A DNA stretch of 64,000 nucleotides. It comes from Azolla caroliniana. Taxonomy: Eukaryota > Plantae > Polypodiophyta. Shown here in pieces: positions 26,655-36,246 of the stretch. The notes under the pieces were generated by a model that was given only the letters and a program-made list of their open reading frames with translations, was not told where the DNA came from and searched no databases. The translations under genes and the position numbers were made by a program. The stretch is taken from NCBI GenBank assembly GCA_043228905.1, contig JBHGNT010000016.1:7626001-7690000 (forward strand). The letters run 5' to 3'. Every line of letters begins with the position of its first letter. Positions within the stretch are counted from its first letter, which is position 1.

Positions 26655-29600
26655 CTATCCCCCCTTTAAAACGACGAGTTCCACGAGTCGTTTTGGATTG
26701 AGGACCCGGTTTCTCGGGATATTGTCGATGGAAGTCTTCTAGAAGAGCACGAGCATTGGTCACATTCTCGATCGGTTCCCAAGTACGCTCGCTGGGACTA
26801 TATCCTAGCCAATCGACTAGATAGTAGAGCTTGTTGCGAACAATCTTGGAATCGAGGATGGCAGCGACCTCATACTCAGGTCCATCTTCGAGCTCGATAG
26901 GAGGTGGTGGTTGTATAGTACGTCCTGGGATAGTGCTCTCGTGATAGGGTTCGAGGAGAGAACTATGAAACACCGGATGTATCCGAAGTTGCGGAGGTAG
27001 CTCGAGACGAAAAGCGACATCATTAATCTTCCCGATAATACGGAAAGGACCTAATCGCCGATAATCCAACTTCTCACATGGGCGAGTAGTCTTGATGTGT
27101 CGTCGTAGCAGCCACACCCGATCTCCAATGTTAAAACTGGATGGAAGTCGATGACGATCTGCGTAGTCCTTGTGTGATTGTTGAGCTTGCTGGAGTTGAG
27201 TAGATAAATCCGCTTGTATCTTGCGTAACCGCTCCAAACGATCCTCCGCGCAAGGATTTGTGGACACTTCTGGGGTTTCAAGGACACACCACCGGGGATG
27301 ATATCCCGTATAAGCGTAGAATGGCGTGACTTTAGTCGATGCGTGGATAGCGTTATTATAGGCAAATTCGGCGAACTGAAGAATATCTGCCCAGTCATTC
27401 TGATGATAGTTGAAAAAGCACCGCAGATACTGCTCCAGTGTTTGATTTGTTCGTTCGGCTTGACCGTCGGTTTGTGGGTGGTAGCCGGAGGAGAGGTTAC
27501 AAGTGACCTTCAGCATTTTAAAAAGGTGCTTCCAGAATTTTGACACAAACTGGGGTCCACGATCGCTGATGATATTATCAGGGAGTCCATGATGCCGACA
27601 TACTTCCCGCATGACAATTTCGGCGGTGTCTTCACTAGATATTTCTTTAGTACATGGTAAGAAATGAGCCATCTTCGTATATCGATCCACCACTGTGAGA
27701 ATCGCACTGAATCCCTTAGAGACTGGAAGATCTGTAATGAAGTCAAGAGCAATGGATTGCCATGGCTTGCTTGGAATTGGTAATGGTTCTAATAAACCAT
27801 ATGGATGATGTCTTGGCATTTTCGCTCTGCAGCATGTATCGCAAGTCCGAACAAAATCTTCGACAAATTGTCGCATACGGGGCCACCAGAATGATCGTTG
27901 TACTAAATCTAATGTTTTAGTACTACCAAAATGTCCTGCTGTATATGTGTCATGGCAATTTTGTACTACTCGAAGGCGGCAAGAACCATTAGGAACATAC
28001 AAAAGTTCTTTAAAGAAGAGTAATCCATCACAGTATTTGAATTGCCGATAATCCGTACCTGGTGATTGTGATTGTGAACATGACGCTCGAGAGGGGTCAA
28101 TTTGTGCTAGTATAGCTTGGGCGAAAGCGTCAGTCTTCAAGTCCTCACGTATAGTATTGGTAATGTCGGAATCCACGGGCATGTCAAAGACCTGTGCTGC
28201 TTGCAGTCGTGCTGGACCCAAGATTACTTGCTTCTGGTTATCGAAAGCTGGCTCACCGGGACGTGGTGTTAGATACGAACGCCGTGATAATGCATCTGCC
28301 TTCCCTTGGTGCTTCCCCGGACGATATGTAATTTTGAAGTCGAAGCGTGTGAGGAAGTGGGCCCACCGAGCTTGACGTCGATTCAGTACACGAGCATCTT
28401 GAAAGTAGGCAAGGTTCTTGTGGTCACTGAATACAGTGACCTGATGAGGAGATCCCTCCAGGAAATGCCTCCATTGCATAAAAGAATCAACTATTGCTAA
28501 TAGCTCTTTATCATGAATTTCGTAGTTGATTTCGGCGGCGTCAAACTTACGGGAGTGGAAAGCCACAGGATGTAGCTTCTCGTCGTTACCCTGTTGTGAT
28601 AGAATGCTCCCTAATGCGAAATCCGATGCGTCAGCTTCGATAATGAATGGTTTTTCCGGATCCACATGACCTAAAATTGGAGCTGATGTAAACGCCTTCT
28701 TAAGACTCTCGAAAGCCATGTCCGTCTCTTTAGACCAAATGAATGATTGTCCCTTCCTGGTGAGCTGTGTGAGAGGCAGCACAATTTTTGAGTAATTTTG
28801 TATGAACTTCCGGTAAAAATTTGCAAAGCCTAGGAAGCATTGCACATCCCGCACCGAACGCGGAGTGTGCCATTCTATCACCGTTTTCACCTTGGCTGGG
28901 TCCATAGATATGCCTTCTGAGGAGATGACATAGCCGAGAAATTCCACTTGGTTGCACCTGAAACTACATTTCTCTAACTTTGCATACAGACCATGTTCTC
29001 GAAGTCGTTTTAGTACTAATAGTACATGAGAATCATGTTCTTCTTGGGTCTTTGAATAAACCAGTAGATCATCCAAATAGATGATCAAAAAATCATCCAA
29101 GAGATCTCGAAATATATCATTCGCCATGTGCTGGAAGACTGCCGGCGCATTAGTGAGTCCGAACGGCATGATCGTATACTCGAAGTGCCCATATCTGGTG
29201 CGAAACGCGGTCTTCCATTCATCTCCTGGTCGGATCCGTACGAGGTTATAGGCTCCTCGTAAGTCGATCTTCGTGAAGAACCTGGCACCGTTGATCCGTT
29301 CTAAAAGACTTGAGATAAGGGGAAGAGCATACCTATTTCTTACTGTGACCTTATTCAAGCCACGGTAATCTACAACGAGTCGAAGCGAGCCATCTTTTTT
29401 CTTGACGAAGAAAATGGGTGCACCGGCTGGAGATTTCGAATGCCGAATGAAACCGTTCTCCAAATTCTCCTCTATATAGGCTCGGAGGACTTCTAGCTCG
29501 GTTGGTGACAAATTGTAGATCGGCCCCCATGGCGGCTCTTTTCCCAGTTGTAAGTCGATGGCGCAATCGTACGGCCGATGATGAGGAAGTGTGTTGGCTT

Positions 29601-30234
29601 GTACTTTATCGAACACATCAGCATACTGACGATACTTCTCGGGAAGTTGAACGGTGGACTCCTCTTTGGTGGTGCTGGAGGGTTGTACTGATATTGCGAA
29701 GAGAAACATTTCCTCCTTGCGCCCTTCCTCACGCAACTGATGTAGCGAAATGGTTGCAACCTTCTGGGTAGATCCTTGGGTTTGTCGCAACCGGATTTCC
29801 CTTGTCCTCCAATCTATGTCTGGGTTATGTAACTCGAACCATGGTAATCCTAAAACTATGGGATGTTCTGGAATACTAATAATATTAAATGATACTACAC
29901 ATGTTAAGTTATCTAGGACAATATTAATGGGTTCCGACTCTTCTATGATATTACCAGAAGCAATGGGACGACCATCAATGACTACTACTGAGGCTGGACA
30001 TGGGAGCTTTCTAAGAGATATCTGATGAGCTCGGGCAAAATTCCTATCCATGAAGCAAGAATTAGCTCCGGAATCTAGAAGGGCTAAGGTATGTACTGGA
30101 GGGGTACTTTTAGTACTAACTGCTACTTGGGCTACGAACACATCACTAACTTGCTTAGAGGGAATGGAACCACTAATGGGCTGCACAGATCTAGGGCTGT
30201 CCAACCAAACGGCTCCTATTTTGGCTGGACTTAG
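26647..30234 (-). CDS. pol: Pol: protease, RT, RNase H, integrase, chromodomain; probably entered by -1 frameshift
   Basis: LLDSGA, IYLDD, EADASD, integrase HHCC and DDE motifs, GPF, and chromodomain YEVAAILD...YLVDWLGY...TWEP. No ATG at the ORF start. Confidence 0.93.
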   Translation of the reverse strand, partial: LSPAKIGAVWLDSPRSVQPISGSIPSKQVSDVFVAQVAVSTKSTPPVHTLALLDSGANSCFMDRNFARAHQISLRKLPCPASVVVIDGRPIASGNIIEESEPINIVLDNLTCVVSFNIISIPEHPIVLGLPWFELHNPDIDWRTREIRLRQTQGSTQKVATISLHQLREEGRKEEMFLFAISVQPSSTTKEESTVQLPEKYRQYADVFDKVQANTLPHHRPYDCAIDLQLGKEPPWGPIYNLSPTELEVLRAYIEENLENGFIRHSKSPAGAPIFFVKKKDGSLRLVVDYRGLNKVTVRNRYALPLISSLLERINGARFFTKIDLRGAYNLVRIRPGDEWKTAFRTRYGHFEYTIMPFGLTNAPAVFQHMANDIFRDLLDDFLIIYLDDLLVYSKTQEEHDSHVLLVLKRLREHGLYAKLEKCSFRCNQVEFLGYVISSEGISMDPAKVKTVIEWHTPRSVRDVQCFLGFANFYRKFIQNYSKIVLPLTQLTRKGQSFIWSKETDMAFESLKKAFTSAPILGHVDPEKPFIIEADASDFALGSILSQQGNDEKLHPVAFHSRKFDAAEINYEIHDKELLAIVDSFMQWRHFLEGSPHQVTVFSDHKNLAYFQDARVLNRRQARWAHFLTRFDFKITYRPGKHQGKADALSRRSYLTPRPGEPAFDNQKQVILGPARLQAAQVFDMPVDSDITNTIREDLKTDAFAQAILAQIDPSRASCSQSQSPGTDYRQFKYCDGLLFFKELLYVPNGSCRLRVVQNCHDTYTAGHFGSTKTLDLVQRSFWWPRMRQFVEDFVRTCDTCCRAKMPRHHPYGLLEPLPIPSKPWQSIALDFITDLPVSKGFSAILTVVDRYTKMAHFLPCTKEISSEDTAEIVMREVCRHHGLPDNIISDRGPQFVSKFWKHLFKMLKVTCNLSSGYHPQTDGQAERTNQTLEQYLRCFFNYHQNDWADILQFAEFAYNNAIHASTKVTPFYAYTGYHPRWCVLETPEVSTNPCAEDRLERLRKIQADLSTQLQQAQQSHKDYADRHRLPSSFNIGDRVWLLRRHIKTTRPCEKLDYRRLGPFRIIGKINDVAFRLELPPQLRIHPVFHSSLLEPYHESTIPGRTIQPPPPIELEDGPEYEVAAILDSKIVRNKLYYLVDWLGYSPSERTWEPIENVTNARALLEDFHRQYPEKPGPQSKTTRGTRRFKGGIVS

Positions 30235-31400
30235 TCGTTTAACTCTTCTTCTAATTGGCTAAGGACATCAAATTTGTTTGCGAGATTCGGACTATTAGTA
30301 CTATTAGGACTATTATGACTATGAGGACTATCAGAGATTCCTACTGAAATAGACTCGGGTTTAGTATAGTCAGAACTAACAACGACTTGGTTTACCTGCC
30401 TTCTTGGTCTATGGGGACAGTTTATCGCGATATGCCCTGGTCCACCGCAATAAAGGCATAATCGGTTTGTTCGGCGTCGTTGCTTTTCCTCCTCCGATAG
30501 CGGCCCACGACGACGTGTAGTGTCAATTTCCATTGGAGTTGGAGTACTTACTGGAGGCGCATTATGTGACTCCCTTTGAAAAGGTTTTGCTACCACTGAG
30601 GCATAGGTAGGCTCGGATCTTGCCCTCGGCATCTGAAATTGTCGTTCCGAACGTCGCTCGAAGAGGCGGTTGTCACATCTGACCGCTCGACTGATTGCTT
30701 CTGTTAATGATTTTGGCTCTTCAGGGAAAGTCAAGAGTAAATCCTTGACATCGTTGCGTAGACCATAGCGGAACTGCTCCATCAATGCTTGATCATCCCA
30801 GGGGATATCGGCGGCGAGTAGGCGGAAATCTGCAGCATATGCGGAGGCTGGACGGTCACCTTGGCGTAATCGCCGGATTTTGTTGATTGCAGTCCTTATG
30901 CTGTCAGTATCTCCAAAACATGCTTTAAACTCACTTATGAATTCTTCAAAATTATTTAGTACTGGAGATTCCTTTTCTAGTAGCGGAGCGAACCATGCTA
31001 ATGCTGAGCCATTTAACAACGTGCCTACTAAACCCACTCGTGATGCATCGGTGGGATATCGGGATGGATGCATTTGAATAACTAACCGTACCTGGTTAAG
31101 AAACCCTCTAAACTGCGATCGCGTTCCATCGAACTTCGTGGGAAGGCCAATCTTGGGTTCTTTATGAATCCCTTGTGCTCCGTGCCCTTGTTGTTGCAGT
31201 GCTACGATGGTTGCTTCGAGTTGTTGCACGCGTAACGCAAGTTCCCCATGCTGTTGTTGCGTTTGCTGCTTTTCTAAGGAAATTTGCTGAAGATCCCCCA
31301 ACAAGCGTTGATTTTCTTGTTCCAAAGCATGAAACTTCTCTTTCAAGCATTGAAATTCCGAGAAAACGGATTGATACTCTTCAGCGCTAACGGTGGCCAT
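30231..31400 (-). CDS. gag: Gag (coiled coil, capsid, CCHC knuckle)
   Basis: 389 aa starting at ATG; PTKFDG, LRQGDRPASAY, CLYCGGPGHIAINC. Confidence 0.93.
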   Translation of the reverse strand: MATVSAEEYQSVFSEFQCLKEKFHALEQENQRLLGDLQQISLEKQQTQQQHGELALRVQQLEATIVALQQQGHGAQGIHKEPKIGLPTKFDGTRSQFRGFLNQVRLVIQMHPSRYPTDASRVGLVGTLLNGSALAWFAPLLEKESPVLNNFEEFISEFKACFGDTDSIRTAINKIRRLRQGDRPASAYAADFRLLAADIPWDDQALMEQFRYGLRNDVKDLLLTFPEEPKSLTEAISRAVRCDNRLFERRSERQFQMPRARSEPTYASVVAKPFQRESHNAPPVSTPTPMEIDTTRRRGPLSEEEKQRRRTNRLCLYCGGPGHIAINCPHRPRRQVNQVVVSSDYTKPESISVGISDSPHSHNSPNSTNSPNLANKFDVLSQLEEELND

Positions 31401-31490
31401 GGGATGAAGGAAAAGGGAAATAAGAGACTAGTAGGAAAGGAGGGAGACAGAAGGAAGAGGGAGAGAAAAGACCAGACAGGCACCGAGGAA

Positions 31491-31502
31491 AAATCGGTTC
31501 AA
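31491..31502 (-). other. Non-tRNA PBS complementary to the predicted transcript 5' end (self-priming)
   Basis: Sense TTGAACCGATTT lies 2 nt after the LTR and is the exact complement of sense AAATCGGTTCAA at 31773-31762, which starts 33 nt after TATAAAA. Confidence 0.85.
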
Positions 31503-31504
31503 AC

Positions 31505-31638
31505 TGTCAGGAACTCTATTAAGGCAGAGAAGGAATTAGTACTAAAAGAAGGATTAGTACTATTGTTGGGGAATAGTACTAAGACAGAGAAGGATTAGTA
31601 CTATGAGAGGTGTCGAACTTTTGAGAGAAGGAATGAGT

Positions 31639-31692
<54 letters not shown>

Positions 31693-31982
31693 TGATGCGA
31701 AAGATATATGTATTATATGAAGGAAGATATACAACAGTAGTTAGAAGGCTTAAGACTGGCGTTGAACCGATTTGGTTCGAACTAATGCCTTGCGCCTCCT
31801 TTTATAGTGTCTTCAGGAATACTCCTGAAGTTTCTAGAATGTTCCAGAGAAATCTGGAATATACATCAATTTCCCAATAAAACCTAAATGAAAATAATAT
31901 CCTTCAAATTACAATTCATAACCTAATGGTAAAGTCTTGACCCGTGTAACAAAAGGTTATGGGTTCGAGTCTAGTTATGACA
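31505..31982 (-). repeat. 5' LTR of chromovirus I
   Basis: Direct repeat of 26183-26654; TATAAAA at 31806-31800 (minus). Confidence 0.96.
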
Positions 31983-33367
31983 CCTAGAAGGTAAAGACAT
32001 CCTTGTCTTGGACAATTGACGACATAGCCTCGTCCAGAGGGTGTCTAATGACGAATGATACAATATTTGTGATAAAACTCGACGGATGTATTATCATTCG
32101 TGAGTTTATTGACAGATATCAAGTTTTTGGCTATGTTAGGTATATAGTAAACTTCATTGATTTCAATGAAGTTCCCATCAGAAAGTTCAAGATGAGCAGT
32201 CCCATGTCCAAGGGCATATTCAACCCCATTGTTCCCAAATCTAACCGGGAAAGGATGTTCTAAGGCCTTATAGTCTTTGAGCCATTCAACTCTTGAGGTG
32301 AGATGACATGTGGCACCTGTATCAAGAATCCACGTTGAAGTGGGAGAATTGTTAAATGAAGTGAGGGCCATGAAGGCAATGAAAGAATCTTCATTATCTT
32401 CATCGGAATTTTGGTCATTATCACATATGTGATTATTTGGATCGTAGTCATCATGAGATGCATTATAAGATTGGTCTTCTTTATATGTTCTTTTCCCGTT
32501 GTTAGAATTCCTATAACAATCTTTCGTTTCATGTCCGCTCCTTTGACAATTTTTACAAAAGGATCTAAGGAACCTAGATTTGTTATGATTCCTTGAATCG
32601 TTAAATTTAGAGGTTCGTGAATAAAATTTGGAGTTATTAGGTTGGTATGTTGATTTAGGTTTATTGTAAGGTTTTTTATTGTAATTTGGATGTTTGATAT
32701 AAAGTGCGGTGTGAGATGAGGAGGGTTGATTTATTGCCCTACGAAGTATGTTTTCTTGTGAGATTGATGCAACTAATGTTGGGACACTAATGTTGGCGGA
32801 TGTGGATTTTGTACTTATAAATGGTTGCCATGATGGGGGTAGGGCGGCTAACAAGAGGGCAGATTGAACGGAACTTGGCAAACTAAGTCCTGAAAGGATT
32901 ACATCATCAAGTCGAAGTCTCCAATTTTTAACGAATGTATCAACATCATCATTTTCATTCATATTCATATTTATTAATGTTTTTAAATTTGCAACTTGGG
33001 ACGTAACGTCCGTATGGAGGTAATCAGCCTCTAATCTATCCCATATTTGTTTGGAGGTAGTCAAGGTTCTCACACTTTGCTTAAGTGTGTCCTCCATATG
33101 AAGGAGAAGTTCTAAGCGAGCGTTTAAATCACGCCGCTTCCATGTTTGCACACCAAGTGCATTTGTGGGGGGGACATTGATGTCGGTGTCGGGGCACACG
33201 TCGGTTCCATCGACGATTTTTAACAAGTCATGTTGTTCTAATATAATTTCCATGGTCATACGCCATGGTTGATAATTTTTATCATTCAATTTTTCAATAT
33301 GATAAGTGCGAGACGATACCTGGGCGGCATTTGCCGCCACAGTTGCTATCACTCCACCGTTTGACAT
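31983..33367 (-). pseudogene. Copia H polyprotein, 5' part (gag, protease) with one in-frame TAG at 32047-32045
   Basis: CKNCQRSGHETKDC and WILDTGATCH. Removing the insert and one TSD rejoins in frame with ORF 26170 (..YLLGRSVVPAEE..). Confidence 0.9.
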
Positions 33368-33447
33368 GGTCGAAAGTCGTTTCTTTAATTCGCACGTTCG
33401 TTATTAACACCGCGACACAAATCTTGGTGGGGTTGGACTCCTTCACC

Positions 33448-33459
33448 GCTCTGATACCA
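33448..33459 (-). other. PBS complementary to initiator tRNA-Met (copia H)
   Basis: Minus strand TGGTATCAGAGC abutting the LTR. Confidence 0.93.
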
Positions 33460-33700
33460 TATGGTAAACGAGAAATAGAAAGAGAGGGAGAAAGGGAGAG
33501 GGAGAAAGAGAGGGAGAAAGAATGTTTTTATGATAATGTGTGTTTGTCTCTCTCTCTACAACCAACCAACCGACCACAGAGAGAGAATGTGGTGGTTATA
33601 GGTGCACCCTATTTTTGGGGTGCACCTTTTCATATCATAAGGTTACGTTTTGTATTTACTTTCTTATTTACTTATTTACACTAATTAGTTTATTACAACA
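33460..33700 (-). repeat. 5' LTR of copia H
   Basis: Near-identical to 22651-22891. Confidence 0.95.
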
Positions 33701-33705
33701 CTACT

Positions 33706-35352
33706 CGCCAAGGAAATAGAGTTCACGCTCGAAGAACTACTCAAACTCGACATTCAACCGTGGCACGACGTCCTTCGACGCCTCAATGGTGGCCTATCGG
33801 CAAGATATGGTGAAAGGATACACACCCACACTCCTCACACGCCCACAATCGTCAAACAACCCGAAGGACCGCTAGTCGATGTCCACGAAGCTCACTTCGA
33901 GAGCGACGATACTAGTTTCACTCTACCAATCTGCATCAATGGTAAGACGTGTGACGCAATCATTGACACCAGAGCAGGGTTAAGTATCGTCAGTTACGAA
34001 TGTTGGTGTAAGTGGGGGAGCCCAAGAATGCTTCCTTCAGATGTCAAACTACGAATGGCAGATGGGTCCATCCATAAGCTAGAAGGCATGATCCTTGCGC
34101 ATCACTTCACTATCCACGGAGTGGAGTTCAATCTCACCTTCGTTGTCACAAGATCGTCCAACCATGTGGCCTACGAGTGCTTACTAGGAAGACCATTCCT
34201 ACGTATAAGCCACCTAGTAATGGATTTTGGGAACGATATAATCTATATGCGTAAAGACAACAAAACCTTCCACATCAAAGCATACACACAAAAAGTGCAT
34301 AAACAAGAAGGCAGCCCTCTCGTAGACGATTGGTCAGAAACCACCAAGTTTGAGACCAACCTCCTAGCGTGCAACCCCACAAAGACAGTTCAACTCTTGA
34401 CTAGAGGCCAATTGTTTCCCCAAAGACTCACCACTTCCAAAGAGGGGAACGTACATGACAGAGACGACAAATCCGTCGCTTCCGAGACGTCAGAGATGAA
34501 TTGGGTACACGCTCTCGCCACAACCGACGCAATGTACCCTATAGGTACAAAGTGTTTTGAAGAGGACGGAGAAACAATCTATTGCTTCAACGTCACCACC
34601 CTGGGACCCCGGCGAAAAGAAGTAGACGTAAAGGACGAAGAACTGGTACAACGAGTCACACGTCCAGGTGACGCCACGACCACTTAGAAGACTACAACGG
34701 AAGTGGACTTCCCAGAGCATTTCAAACTCTATGAAGAAGGGAATAGGGCAGTGGCTTGTAAGAGACCACAACGCACCCCCCAAGGCCTAGGAGAAGTCTA
34801 TGACGGACCGGAAAGGGTGAAAGATATCAACCTCGGGAAAGGGACAGACTCCAAACTGGTATTCATAGCCGCAGATCTCCAGTCCAACGAGGAGATGTCC
34901 TTGATCACCCTCCTCACGTAATTTAGCGACGTGTTTGCATGGTCGTACGTCAACATGAAGGGAGTCCCAGCCGAGGTCGTCACCCATAGTATCCCCATGC
35001 AAGCCGACGCCCGCCCAATCCGGCAAAGGCCACGCCCAATGAACCCTAACTACGCCCAACAAGTAAAAGCCGAAATCAACAAAATGTTGGTTGCAGGCAT
35101 TATCTACCCGATCGAACAAACTACTTGGGTCTCCTCGATTGTAGTCGTCCCGAAGAAAAACAACCAAATCCGCATATGTGTCGACTACCGCCAAGTTAAG
35201 GAAGCCACTATCATGGACAACTACCCAGTACCCTACATCGAGCATCTACTCGAAAGAATCGCGGGAGCAGAAGCTTATAGCTTCATCGACGGGTTCTCCG
35301 GGTACAACCAAATCTCGGTGGTCCCTGAGGATCAACACAAGAAAGCCTTCGC
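33706..35352 (+). pseudogene. Protease and N-terminal RT of element G, truncated by deletion
   Basis: AIIDTRAG and LLGRPFL protease motifs; RT homology stops after EDQHKKAF. Confidence 0.82.
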
Positions 35353-35504
35353 TTTCTACAACTTCTACTCATCCTCCTTGACTCTGGCCTGTACGAAGCC
35401 CCCCCCTTCCAACGGCACAACCACCCAACGTGGGGCCTCACCTTTGATTTGAATAAAGGTTCAACTCATCGCCAACTGGTCGGCCTTTGGACCCGCGTCA
35501 ACGT

Positions 35505-36208
35505 TGTCGTAGTGTATTCCACACACTACGTGAAAACCATAAAATAATATATCCGATTTTAGATACATATAAATAAATAAATAATATATCAAAACATTTA
35601 TCACGTGCATGGAGAATGACTCGAACCCTGCACCTCCACGTAGATAAACCCCAACTTTACCATTGTATTAACTTATCTTTAGTGTTATATATATAGATTT
35701 AATACGTATAAGACCTTTATTTACACATACCTTTATTAAAAGATAAAAATCATGTATTCTTTAGGGTGTGAATATTTTATTTACACGTGACATTAAAAGT
35801 GACTCATGCACATCTAGCGTGCATGAGCCCTATACTTAGGAAATGACAAAGCATCACATGCACATTTAGTGTGCATGGACACTTTAGGCGAAAAAGCATG
35901 AAGCCATGCTTAGCCTCTTCCATCTTTATATAAGGAGGAGAGAAATATGTATAAGGTTGTTGATTAATATACAAGGATTGATCAATCTAATATATTCGTG
36001 GGATTCACGAATTTTGCCATCTAAATTACTCTTATAATCTAAATATTGTTTTAAATACACTAAACTCGTGGGATTCACAAGATTGCTATCTTACTTCTCT
36101 TTCTACTATTCATAACTAGCCTTAAGTTGTATTCCTCTTCCTCCTAGTCCAAAACCTCGGCGGTTCCCACCCGACTCACGCAATGATCTGGAGCCGAAAG
36201 GCACGACA
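35505..36208 (+). repeat. 5' LTR of element J
   Basis: TGTCGT...ACGACA; repeat of 41861-42564. Confidence 0.95.
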
Positions 36209-36212
36209 CAGT

Positions 36213-36230
36213 TGATGAACCCGACGTGAA
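36213..36230 (+). other. PBS for tRNA-Trp with one G>A change
   Basis: TGATGAACCCGACGTGAA versus TGGTGAACCCGACGTGAA at 43679, the complement of the plant cytosolic tRNA-Trp 3' end as I recall it (TTCACGTCGGGTTCACCA). Confidence 0.8.
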
Positions 36231-36246
36231 GACGGGTGGCAAGGAG

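Larger units (their letters stand above)
26183..31982 (-). mobile_element. Intact chromovirus I (Tcn1/Tf1-sushi-like Ty3/gypsy), 5800 bp
   Basis: TSD CCTAG (26178-26182 and 31983-31987). LTRs 26183-26654 and 31505-31982 differ by one substitution and 3 GA units. PPT at 26655-26670. Uninterrupted gag and pol. Confidence 0.97.
22651..33700 (-). mobile_element. Young full-length Ty1/copia element H, interrupted by chromovirus I
   Basis: TSD CTACT (22646-22650 and 33701-33705). 241-bp LTRs 22651-22891 and 33460-33700 with about 1 mismatch seen. Met PBS 33448-33459; PPT 22892-22898. Confidence 0.95.
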
